Positions 1-8,885 of a stretch of DNA of 51,211 bases are shown here, piece by piece. The position numbers and the translations under genes are program-made. Numbering within the stretch: the stretch's first letter is position 1; each line of letters begins with the position of its first letter. Under the pieces are notes generated by a model, which saw nothing but the letters and a program-made list of their open reading frames with translations, did no database searches and was not told where the DNA came from. The stretch comes from Promethearchaeota archaeon (GTDB taxonomy: Archaea > Asgardarchaeota > Lokiarchaeia > Sigyniarchaeales > SOKP01): assembly GCA_048938005.1 (NCBI GenBank), contig JBHLMQ010000018.1, positions 1-51,211 on the forward strand, read 5' to 3'.

Positions 1-474
1 AAAACTGTTGTTCATGATACACATATTGGTAAAGATAGTTCATATTCGACTCGTCACGAGATTTGTGTTGCATGTAAATATGATAGAGAAATTAGCCATT
101 TTGGTTTTGGTTTCAGTGTTATTCCTTTTCTTATGATTATAGCATTTCTATTAATATTTATTGGTATTACTACCTATGCAAACATTAACATGCCTCATTT
201 TAATTTAATTGCACTCCCTATTATTGGTACTATTGCATTGGTTATTATTAGCGCATATTTTATATATTGGATGACAGTTAAACGTAAAAGAGGTATTTTG
301 AAGGCAAAAATTGAGAAAGAAGAATATCTTAAGAAATTAATCCAATTACCAAGTAAAAAAGATGACACACCATCAAAAATGTTTTGCCCAGAATGTGGTG
401 GTGAAATTTCTTCTGATGATATTATTTGCAGTCATTGCGGTAGCACTATTAAAGATGAATCTCAAATAGGTTAA
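1..474 (+). CDS. Membrane protein with C-terminal zinc ribbon, 5'-truncated by the window edge
   Basis: Frame 1 is open from base 1 (KTVVHDTH...EICVACKY...), upstream of the ATG at 133. Two hydrophobic segments, then CPECG...CSHCG at the C-terminus. Confidence 0.75.
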   Translation, partial: KTVVHDTHIGKDSSYSTRHEICVACKYDREISHFGFGFSVIPFLMIIAFLLIFIGITTYANINMPHFNLIALPIIGTIALVIISAYFIYWMTVKRKRGILKAKIEKEEYLKKLIQLPSKKDDTPSKMFCPECGGEISSDDIICSHCGSTIKDESQIG

Positions 475-490
475 TTTAAACCGATTTTTT

Positions 491-988
491 CTATTTCTTT
501 TTGCTTTCCTTTTCAATCAGACCAATAAAAGAACTAGCTTCTTTAATAACATTTAATACAATATGTGTATTAGTGCGCTCAACATAAGGAGAAGTATGAA
601 TTTCTTTTATCATATCACTTAATTCCCCTCTAGTTTTAAATCTTGCTAAAATTAGAGCATCATATTCTCCAGTAATATCATAAACTGCAAACACATTTGG
701 ATTTTGAGCAATATCACGTTCAACTTCTAACATTTTTCCTTTTGAAATCGTTAATTCGATGAGTGCAATAATAACATATCCTAATTGTTCAAAATTAATT
801 TGAGCACCGTAATTTTTAATAAAATCCTTTTTTTCTAATTCCTCTACATGATTTTTAATTGTTACAGGCGATTTATTTCCCAAATCTTTTGCAAGTTGGC
901 GAAGTGAGATTCGACTATCTTCACTTAATTTTTTCAGTATCTTGATATCAATTTCAGAGATATCTTTTAGATTAGGATATACAGTCAT
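491..988 (-). CDS. Lrp/AsnC family transcriptional regulator (HTH plus RAM domain)
   Basis: DIKILKKLSEDSRISLRQLAK HTH and VYDITGEYD...TNTHIVL RAM motifs. ATG at 988 preferred over 1027 because the extra 13 aa are not domain-like. Confidence 0.92.
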   Translation of the reverse strand: MTVYPNLKDISEIDIKILKKLSEDSRISLRQLAKDLGNKSPVTIKNHVEELEKKDFIKNYGAQINFEQLGYVIIALIELTISKGKMLEVERDIAQNPNVFAVYDITGEYDALILARFKTRGELSDMIKEIHTSPYVERTNTHIVLNVIKEASSFIGLIEKESKKK

Positions 989-1056
989 ATTGTGGAATAG
1001 TTTTATAATTATTAAAAAAGTATACAATCGTCCATATGATATCTATAATAATAAAC

Positions 1057-1204
1057 AAATGATCATTTATCATTACGACAAAAACCACCAAAATAAACGA
1101 TCGATCACTTTGATAATATATTAATGGTCATTTATAAGCTTTTTCTTCCAATTATGTAAACAATTGAATTAGTGAAAGCGAAGCTTTTTATATATATGAT
1201 CATA
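1057..1204. promoter_or_regulatory. Cluster of ATGATCAT-type palindromes, candidate operator sites in the divergent lrp / glnA-locus promoter
   Basis: AAATGATCATTT at 1057-1068 (perfect 12-bp palindrome), TATGATCATA at 1195-1204 (perfect 10-bp), ATGGTCAT at 1124-1131, TCGATCAC at 1101-1108. Confidence 0.5.
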
Positions 1205-1266
1205 ATATTATATATAGTTTTAAAAAGAGGGGATTTTTTCCCTTATACATATATAATTAAGTTTGA

Positions 1267-1671
1267 ATGGTAAGAAAAATGTCATTAACATGCCCAATTT
1301 GCGGAAAGAGATATTTACATGATAGAAAGATATGCCAAACTTGTGAAGAAAAGTCAATTTATAGTGGATTAACAAATAAAGATAACGAGAAAGTTGAAAA
1401 ATGGAATTGTGGTATTTTTTTGGAACTTGACACATTGACATTTGGAAAGCGAAAGTTAGATGATGCATACATTAAAATTGCATCTGAGCCAAGATTTACA
1501 GATTTTAAACACAGAAAAGACTATTATTGGAATTGTGATTCTAATTTTGGATTTAGAAATCGTGGTATTCAAAATATTGGAGGTTCTCCATTTAAAATAG
1601 TCAAAAATTTACCATTTGAAAATTCAGGGTTCATTAGAAAAGATATAAACAATTTTTTGATTTATGAATGA
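1267..1671 (+). CDS. Hypothetical protein with N-terminal zinc finger
   Basis: CPICG-x9-CQTC at the N-terminus; two WNC motifs; co-oriented upstream of glnA. Confidence 0.65.
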   Translation: MVRKMSLTCPICGKRYLHDRKICQTCEEKSIYSGLTNKDNEKVEKWNCGIFLELDTLTFGKRKLDDAYIKIASEPRFTDFKHRKDYYWNCDSNFGFRNRGIQNIGGSPFKIVKNLPFENSGFIRKDINNFLIYE

Positions 1672-1770
1672 AATAATAAAGGAAATTTAAAGGGAGTATT
1701 CTAATATAATATTCAAATCTTAAAATTTTAGTTTAGTAAAAAAGTGATAAAAACAAAAGAAAATTAAAAA

Positions 1771-3120
1771 ATGATTGAAAAAGATGATCCGAAACGGAAA
1801 GAGTTATGTGAAACGGTAATTGAGAAGATAAAAGAGGAAGATATTAAATTGATTTACCTTCAATTTACTGATATTCATGGAATAATTAAGTCTTTTGAAA
1901 TTAATTCGAGAAGAATTGAAGATATATTTGAATTAGGCGAAAATTTTGATGGGAGTTCTATAACTGGCTATGGTGCGATTGAAGAAAGTGATAAGGTCGC
2001 ACTTCCTGATCCTAGTACGTTTCATCTTTTACCATGGAGAAAGGAAAACAAGGTTGCGCGAGTTATTTGTGATATTTATAAGCCTGATGGTGAACGATAT
2101 GAAGCAGATCCTCGTTTTATTTTACAACGAGCAGTAAAAAAGGCAGAAAATCATGGTTATAAATATTTTTGTGCTCCAGAAATGGAATTTTTTATACTTA
2201 CTCCAGATACTAAAGCAGAATTTAAACCATCAGATATGAGGGGATATTTTGATTACGACCCATATGATATCAATGAGAAGATTAGATACACAATCGCGGA
2301 TTATTGCGATGCCATGGGAATCAATGTAGAATGTATCCATCATGAAGTCGCTTTTGGTCAACATGAAGTCGATTTTCGTTATGATGAAGCTGTAAACACA
2401 GCAGATAATACAATTACAATTAAAACAATAGTAAAAACTGTTGCTGCGAATCAAAATCTTGTAGGGACTTTTATGGCTAAGCCTTTTCATGGAATAAATG
2501 GTTCCGGGATGCATGTACATCAATCTTTATGGGAAAACGGAAAAAATGTATTTTATGATGAAAATGATAAAAATAATATTTCATATATAATGAAAAAATG
2601 GATTGCAGGACAATTAAAACATTCAAGAGCTATGTGTGCTGTTTTAAGCAGTTGGCCAAATTCCTATAAAAGACTTGTTCCGGGGTATGAAGCTCCTGTT
2701 TATCTTGCGTGGGGTTTTAGAAATAGATCTCCCTTAATTAGAGTACCTGATTTTCATAGTAGACCTAATGCTGCTAGATGTGAAATTCGATGCCCAGATC
2801 CGTCTGGAAATCCATACCTTCAATTTAGCGTACTTTTGACAACTGGATTAGAAGGTATTTTATCAAATGATATTGAAATTTCTGAACCTACAGATAGGAA
2901 TGTTTATCATCTTTCTAGTAAGGAGATGGAAAAAGAAGGGATTACCTCTTTGCCAGGAAGTCTACATGAAGCATTAATAGAATTCAAAAATTCTGAATTA
3001 ATGAAAGAAATATTTGGAGAATTAGCATTTAAAAATTATTATTATGCTAAGCTTGAAGAATATGATGCTTATCGTGTTGTCGTAAGCGAATGGGAAAGGG
3101 ATAGATATATCCGATTATAA
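1771..3120 (+). CDS. glnA: Glutamine synthetase type I
   Basis: FDGSSI, PEMEFF, HHEVAFGQHE, FMAKPFHGINGSGMHVHQSLW, NSYKRLVPGYEAP, NRSPLIRVP and EIRCPDPSGNPYL motifs. Confidence 0.96.
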   Translation: MIEKDDPKRKELCETVIEKIKEEDIKLIYLQFTDIHGIIKSFEINSRRIEDIFELGENFDGSSITGYGAIEESDKVALPDPSTFHLLPWRKENKVARVICDIYKPDGERYEADPRFILQRAVKKAENHGYKYFCAPEMEFFILTPDTKAEFKPSDMRGYFDYDPYDINEKIRYTIADYCDAMGINVECIHHEVAFGQHEVDFRYDEAVNTADNTITIKTIVKTVAANQNLVGTFMAKPFHGINGSGMHVHQSLWENGKNVFYDENDKNNISYIMKKWIAGQLKHSRAMCAVLSSWPNSYKRLVPGYEAPVYLAWGFRNRSPLIRVPDFHSRPNAARCEIRCPDPSGNPYLQFSVLLTTGLEGILSNDIEISEPTDRNVYHLSSKEMEKEGITSLPGSLHEALIEFKNSELMKEIFGELAFKNYYYAKLEEYDAYRVVVSEWERDRYIRL

Positions 3121-3199
3121 TATCAATCATTTATTTTTTTATAAAATTAATAGCATACTTCAACTTTAACCCTTTAATCGCATAATATGAATTTGAAAT

Positions 3200-5665
3200 A
3201 TGGAAGACATAAAAAATTGGAGATTTTCAATCCCAAGAGTATATTCACCTCAAATATTAAAGAGTTCAAAATTTAAGTTAAATGAAAAATCTGATTACGT
3301 TCATTATGGACAAAAGGGATTTGGAGAATATTTTACTCCTGAAAAGTATTGGTCCCCTCAAATTATATCGCAGATTTTATACCAAGCAGAAACAGGAAAA
3401 ATTCCGGTATCTGGTGCGGGTTATGGAGGGTCTTTTGCTGGAGAGGGATTTGATGCTATATGGTTCGATATGTCAGAAATAGTACGCCCTACAAGGGATG
3501 GAATCCACGGAAGAGAATATATTTCCACGATTATTGAATTAGGTCGAAAAGCCTTGAATTTAAATTTTGATAAGAAGAAACAACTTTTGAAAAAACGTCC
3601 ATCTCTACTAAAACTTCCTTTCCCTATTGTTTTTAATCCACTTCCTTTAATATCAAAAGACAATACAAAAATCAAATCAATTATAAAAGCAGCATATTCA
3701 TTAGGTACAATAGCAATTATCCCTCAATCAGACTTTTCGGAAGATTTACTACCATTTTCTAAAGCTATTTGTTTACGATTAAATAGTAAACCAAATCAAT
3801 TGGAAAAAAAATTGATTCAGAAAGCAAAAATGGTTGAAATTGAAGATTTTTGTCTAATGAAAACGGTGAAGAAGAGTGCTCCCAATATCATTTATTCAAT
3901 TTTTCTTCCGGTAGAAGAGGGGATTGAAAATAAAGTCTTATCTCTAACTAGAAATGGAATTGATATTATTCACTTGAACTTTGATTTATATGGAAAAAGT
4001 AAAGAGGGAGATATTCCAACAGTCATAAAAAGAATTCATGATTTTCTTGTTGATAAAAAATGTCGTAATTCTGTTAGCATTATAGCTAGTGGTGGTATAG
4101 CAGCCGCAGAACATGTTGCAAAAGCTATGATATGTGGGGCTGATTGTGTTGCAATAGATTATATATTATTAATTATTCTTGGATGTTCATTATGGGCTGA
4201 CTTATCCTTTCCATGTGTAGCTGAACATGGTGAAATCGATTTGAATTGGGCTTTTAATAGATTGAAAAATCTAATAGCAGCTTGGAGGGATCAGCTTCTT
4301 GAAGTTCTTGGCGCGATGGGAATTAGAGAAATTAGAAGAATTAGAGGAGAAGTCGGTAGGGCAATTTTTTATAAAGAGGAGAAGGATAAATTTAGAAATT
4401 TATTTAAATCAGTAAGTAAAAATTCAAAATTAGGATATTTAATCCCTCATGAACAGTTAAGTGTTGGAGATTGTCGTTGGCCACTTGAATTAATTCAAGC
4501 AACAATTGAGCAAGCACGTACAGGATTCCTACCAAAACGTCTTGAGTATCGCGTAGGCAGAAGTGCAGGAGGTTTTGATCGTCTTACTTTCACTTTTGAA
4601 GAAAATAGAAAACAATTGATGGATGATCTATCAATAGATTTATCAATTCCCTTAAATCTCCGCTCTAAAGGACCAGAGATAATTATTCCCATGCCAATTT
4701 ATTCAGGAGGGATGTCTTTTGGTTCAATTTCTCTGAATGTGATGCTAGCACGGGCAATGGCAGCTCAAGAACTCGATTCTTTTATGTCTACAGGTGAAGG
4801 TGGCTATCCTCAAGAATTAATACCTTATAAAGAACATGTTATAACTCAAGTTGCTACTGGTTTATTTGGTGTGAGCGAAGCTTCAATTCAAAGAGCTCCA
4901 ATTATAGAATTTAAATATGCTCAAGGAGCGAAACCTGGTTTAGGAGGACATTTACTTGCAGGAAAAGTTACTGAAGCTGTTGCTAATGCTAGAGAATCCG
5001 TAGCAGGAATAAGCCTATTTTCACCATTCCCCTTCCATAGTGTTTATTCAGTAGAAGATCATAAGAAACATATTGATTGGATTAAACAGGTGAATCCAGA
5101 AGCACTAGTAATTGTTAAAGTTTCGACTCCTACAGATGTTGATATGGTTGCAGTTGGTAGTTATTATGCTGGTGCTAATGTTGTGAACATTGATGGTTCA
5201 TATGGTGGAACAGGTGCAGCTCCAGAAGTGAGTAAAAAAAATATAGCAATGCCGATAGAATATGCAATACCAAAAGTTCATAACTTTCTAACAAAAGAAG
5301 GAATAAGAGATGAAATTGTCCTTATTGCATCCGGAGGAATTCGTACTGGATACGATATTGCTAAAGCAATTGCTTTAGGAGCAGATGGTGCAATGGTGGG
5401 TACAGCAGATTTAGTGGCATTAGGATGCGAACGACTTGCTGTGTGTGAAAAGGGGGATGGGTGTCCAGCAGGTATAACTACTACAAATCCTAAATTTGCT
5501 TCCTTAATTGATCCTCAGTGGGGTAAAGAACGCATAATAAATCTTCGTAAAGCATGGGCTATTCAATTACGCCAAATATTAAATGCTCTTGGAATGAAAA
5601 CTATTAAGGAATTAAGAGGTAGGACCGATACAATATTTTATTTAGATAACAAGGTGCAATTATGA
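3200..5665 (+). CDS. Glutamate synthase FMN-binding subunit with two tandem FMN-barrel domains
   Basis: C-terminal domain has MSFGS, TGEGG, QVATGLFGV, KYAQGAKPGLGGHL, ASGGIRTG and the CERLAVCEKGDGCP [3Fe-4S] motif. N-terminal domain has IIASGGI...AKAMICGAD and LGAMGIREIRRIRG but lacks those catalytic motifs. Confidence 0.9.
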   Translation: MEDIKNWRFSIPRVYSPQILKSSKFKLNEKSDYVHYGQKGFGEYFTPEKYWSPQIISQILYQAETGKIPVSGAGYGGSFAGEGFDAIWFDMSEIVRPTRDGIHGREYISTIIELGRKALNLNFDKKKQLLKKRPSLLKLPFPIVFNPLPLISKDNTKIKSIIKAAYSLGTIAIIPQSDFSEDLLPFSKAICLRLNSKPNQLEKKLIQKAKMVEIEDFCLMKTVKKSAPNIIYSIFLPVEEGIENKVLSLTRNGIDIIHLNFDLYGKSKEGDIPTVIKRIHDFLVDKKCRNSVSIIASGGIAAAEHVAKAMICGADCVAIDYILLIILGCSLWADLSFPCVAEHGEIDLNWAFNRLKNLIAAWRDQLLEVLGAMGIREIRRIRGEVGRAIFYKEEKDKFRNLFKSVSKNSKLGYLIPHEQLSVGDCRWPLELIQATIEQARTGFLPKRLEYRVGRSAGGFDRLTFTFEENRKQLMDDLSIDLSIPLNLRSKGPEIIIPMPIYSGGMSFGSISLNVMLARAMAAQELDSFMSTGEGGYPQELIPYKEHVITQVATGLFGVSEASIQRAPIIEFKYAQGAKPGLGGHLLAGKVTEAVANARESVAGISLFSPFPFHSVYSVEDHKKHIDWIKQVNPEALVIVKVSTPTDVDMVAVGSYYAGANVVNIDGSYGGTGAAPEVSKKNIAMPIEYAIPKVHNFLTKEGIRDEIVLIASGGIRTGYDIAKAIALGADGAMVGTADLVALGCERLAVCEKGDGCPAGITTTNPKFASLIDPQWGKERIINLRKAWAIQLRQILNALGMKTIKELRGRTDTIFYLDNKVQL

Positions 5666-8097
5666 AAGTTATGAAAAAGGAAACTGAAGGGGGATGTGGA
5701 GTTGTTGGATTTTGTTCAACTGAGAAAATTTCAGGTAAACATTTATTACCTCCATGTATTCAAATGCATAATAGGGGAAACGGGAAAGGAGGAGGTATTA
5801 TTGCCATGGGTTTAGAAGCTTCTCAACTTAATGTGAGAGAAGAGATTCTAAAAACAAATTATTTAATACAGATTGCTTACCTTAAACCTGAAATACGCAA
5901 AAATGTAGAATCTCAATTTATTTTTAACAATTTTGATGTTTTTACTTATTACAAAATCAAAACCAAAAATGATAATTCAAGTAAGCTTGAAATAATTCCA
6001 CCTGAAGTATATAGATATTTCTGCCGTGTAAAGAAGCCAGTTCTAAAGAAATTCATGAAAAGTAATAATTTTAAATATACCAATAAAGCTGAAGATGAGT
6101 TTGTGTTTTTAAATAGTTTTCAGATAAATAAAAAATTCTATAGTGAATATAGTGCTCAAGAAGCATTCGTTTTATGTCATGGAAAAAATATGATTGTTTT
6201 TAAGATTGTAGGATATGCTGAAGAAGCTATTGATTATTATAATTTGATGGATTTAAAAGCTCATCTTTGGGTAGGACATCAAAGATATCCAACCAGAGGA
6301 AGAGTCTGGCACCCAGGTGGGGCTCACCCTTTTATTGGATTGAAAGAAGCTTTAGTACATAACGGAGATTTTGCAAATTATCATTCCATTTGCGAATATC
6401 TTCATCAAAATGGAAGGGAATCATTATTTTCGACAGATACTGAAGTAGCTGCGTTATTATTTGATCTATGGACAAGAATTTACGAATACCCATTAGAATA
6501 TGCAATTGAAGCCTTTGCACCCACAACAGAAAGAGATTTTGCTATGCTTACACCTGAAAAACAACATATTTATCAACTTATTCAAAGTTATCATGTCCAA
6601 AATTCTCCTGATGGTCCTTGGTTTTTCATTGTTGCCAGAAATGATGATGTAGAGGATCAATTCCAATTACTGGGTATAACTGATACATCTATGTTGAGAC
6701 CACAAGTATTTGCTCTTCAGGAAAATGATGAAGTGAAAATTGGTATTATAGCTTCGGAGAAGCAAGCAATAGATTCAATTCTCTTAAGTATTTCCGAGGA
6801 GGATGATAGATATTGTTCCATAGCTGATTTATATTGGAATGCTCGTGGTGGTAGTTATACTGATGGAGGTGCTTTTTTATTTACTTTAAAAAATAATAAA
6901 TTATCTTGTACAGATAAGTTTGGTAAAAAAATCAAGATTCCAAAAAGAATTGCTCTAAAAGTTAAAACGGTCAAGCATTATCAATTCAATCCTGAATTTA
7001 ATTCCATTATTAAGGAATTTGCCAGTATGGATTACGGAGAAATATTAGGTTTTTTGAAATCTGCTGAAATTTATGCTAAAAAAGGTGATTCTCAATTCCA
7101 AAAAACTATTAAACTTTTAACTAAATTAATTGATAGAGTGTATTCAATAGGGGATAAAAAAAGAAGTAATCTTCTATCATTATATCATAAAACATTATAT
7201 TCAATCTTTCGTGGAATTTCAATAGATTCAAAATTGTTTAAGTTCTTCAGTTTACAACATTCATCTATACCTATCCCTAATTCAAATGATCAATGTTTAA
7301 TCATTGATGGCAAAGGTTTTTCTTCAGAAGGATCTAGAAATTTGGCTTCAATATTGGTGAAAGCTTTTAATAGTGGATGGATGAATTTTATTTTGTTTGA
7401 CCTTAGAGGGCAAAGATTTTGTGGTTGTGGTTTTGGGTATCATTCAAAACCAATTAGAATTGATGTATATGGTTCTCCCGGTGATTATTTAGGATCAGGT
7501 ATAACTAATACTGAAGTTTTTGTGCATTCTAATGGACAAGATCAATGGGGACAGATTATGAAATCAGGAAAACTTGTTATCTATGGGGATGTTGGACAAA
7601 CATTTCTTTATGGAGCTAAAGGAGGTACTTGTTATGTGAGAGGAAATGCAGCAGGAAGGGCTCTTATAAATGCAGTTGGGAATCCTCGCGTTATCATTAA
7701 TGGAAGTTGTTTGGATTATTTAGCTGAATCTTTTATGGCAGGTCATGTTTTCCATGATGGTGGATTTGTTATTTTGAATGGAATAAGTTTAAATAAAGAT
7801 GGTTTATTAGAAGAATATCCAGAACCTTATCCAGGAGGAAATTTATTTTCTCTAGCGTCGGGTGGAGCCATTTATATTCGTGATCCATTTAAAAAAACTT
7901 CAAAAAACCAACTCAATGGAGGAAATTTTGCTAATCTCTCAAATCAAGATTGGAATCTCATTAAACCTTATCTACAAGAAAATGAAAGATTATTTGGCAT
8001 TAAAATTGATGATTTATTGACAGTAAACAATCATATAAAGTCTCCAATGGAGGTATATAGAAAAATTGTTGTTGGGAGCACAGAGGTTTTAAAATGA
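5662..8097 (+). CDS. Glutamate synthase subunit: Ntn (type II) glutamine amidotransferase fused to a C-terminal GXGXG beta-helix
   Basis: GGCGVVG (Cys12), NRGNGKGGG, HQRYPT, AHPF, HNGD and TDTE motifs; C-terminal GQRFCGCG, GSPGDYLG, GDVGQTFLYGAKGG and DYLAESFMAG. ATGA overlap with the upstream gene. Confidence 0.9.
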   Translation: MKVMKKETEGGCGVVGFCSTEKISGKHLLPPCIQMHNRGNGKGGGIIAMGLEASQLNVREEILKTNYLIQIAYLKPEIRKNVESQFIFNNFDVFTYYKIKTKNDNSSKLEIIPPEVYRYFCRVKKPVLKKFMKSNNFKYTNKAEDEFVFLNSFQINKKFYSEYSAQEAFVLCHGKNMIVFKIVGYAEEAIDYYNLMDLKAHLWVGHQRYPTRGRVWHPGGAHPFIGLKEALVHNGDFANYHSICEYLHQNGRESLFSTDTEVAALLFDLWTRIYEYPLEYAIEAFAPTTERDFAMLTPEKQHIYQLIQSYHVQNSPDGPWFFIVARNDDVEDQFQLLGITDTSMLRPQVFALQENDEVKIGIIASEKQAIDSILLSISEEDDRYCSIADLYWNARGGSYTDGGAFLFTLKNNKLSCTDKFGKKIKIPKRIALKVKTVKHYQFNPEFNSIIKEFASMDYGEILGFLKSAEIYAKKGDSQFQKTIKLLTKLIDRVYSIGDKKRSNLLSLYHKTLYSIFRGISIDSKLFKFFSLQHSSIPIPNSNDQCLIIDGKGFSSEGSRNLASILVKAFNSGWMNFILFDLRGQRFCGCGFGYHSKPIRIDVYGSPGDYLGSGITNTEVFVHSNGQDQWGQIMKSGKLVIYGDVGQTFLYGAKGGTCYVRGNAAGRALINAVGNPRVIINGSCLDYLAESFMAGHVFHDGGFVILNGISLNKDGLLEEYPEPYPGGNLFSLASGGAIYIRDPFKKTSKNQLNGGNFANLSNQDWNLIKPYLQENERLFGIKIDDLLTVNNHIKSPMEVYRKIVVGSTEVLK

Positions 8098-8885
8098 ATA
8101 TAATAGTATGTTTAAAACAAGTTCCTGATACTGATGAAGTGAAAACAGATCCAGAAACGGGTCGAATTGTTCGAGAAGGAATAGCAGGTACTATAAATCC
8201 TTTTGATATGTTTGTTCTTGAAGAGGCTCTACGGTTAAGGGAAAAATATGGGGGAAAAATTACTTTACTAAGTATGGGACCAAAAGATGCAATCAATACT
8301 CTTCATTTTGGTTTAGCCTTGGGAGCTGATGAGGCATATTTACTATCAGATATTAAATTTGCGGGATCGGACACATTAGCTACATCCTACGCCCTTTCTT
8401 GTGGTATAAAAAAACTTGGGGATTATGATTTAATCATCTGCGGAATTAAAACTACTGATGGTGACACTGGTCAAGTGGGGGCAAATTTAGCGGAAATTCT
8501 TGATATACCAAGTGTGTATTATGTTAATAAGATACTCAAATATCAAAATACTAAAATTGAAGTTGAAAGACTTTTAGAAGATAGGAGTCAAATTTTACAA
8601 ATCTCTCTACCTTGTCTTATTTCAATTGTAAAGGGTGCTAATATACCTCGGATGCCTACTTTAATTGGAAAGATTGAAGCTGAGAGAAAGCTATTAAAAA
8701 TGTTTAATGCTTCCGAAGTTAATGCTATAGAAGATAATTGTGGACTCGAAGGCTCCCCTACCAGAGTAGTAAAGGTATTTCTCCCAGAAAAAAGAAAACA
8801 AGGAGTAATTTTAAAAGGTTGTTTTGATCGAAATATCATTAAATTGTTACAATTTTTAAAAAATAAGAAAATGGTGTCATTTTAA
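8094..8885 (+). CDS. etfB: Electron transfer flavoprotein beta subunit
   Basis: VCLKQVPD, INPFD, SMGP, FAGSDTLAT, DGDTGQVG and GLEGSPTRV motifs; ATGA overlap with the upstream gene. Confidence 0.95.
   Translation: MNIIVCLKQVPDTDEVKTDPETGRIVREGIAGTINPFDMFVLEEALRLREKYGGKITLLSMGPKDAINTLHFGLALGADEAYLLSDIKFAGSDTLATSYALSCGIKKLGDYDLIICGIKTTDGDTGQVGANLAEILDIPSVYYVNKILKYQNTKIEVERLLEDRSQILQISLPCLISIVKGANIPRMPTLIGKIEAERKLLKMFNASEVNAIEDNCGLEGSPTRVVKVFLPEKRKQGVILKGCFDRNIIKLLQFLKNKKMVSF

Noticed and set aside
3187-3276. Out-of-frame ATG ORF overlapping the start of the FMN subunit, as a possible lost ferredoxin domain
   Set aside because: 29 codons with no cysteines; the 79-nt gap after glnA has no room for a ferredoxin domain.
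1771-8097. N-methylglutamate pathway (gmaS plus mgsABC) reading of the GS + GATase/GXGXG/FMN genes
   Set aside because: The GS keeps canonical ammonium-site motifs (FDGSS, GYEAP) of true type I glutamine synthetase, and no mgdABCD-like genes are present.
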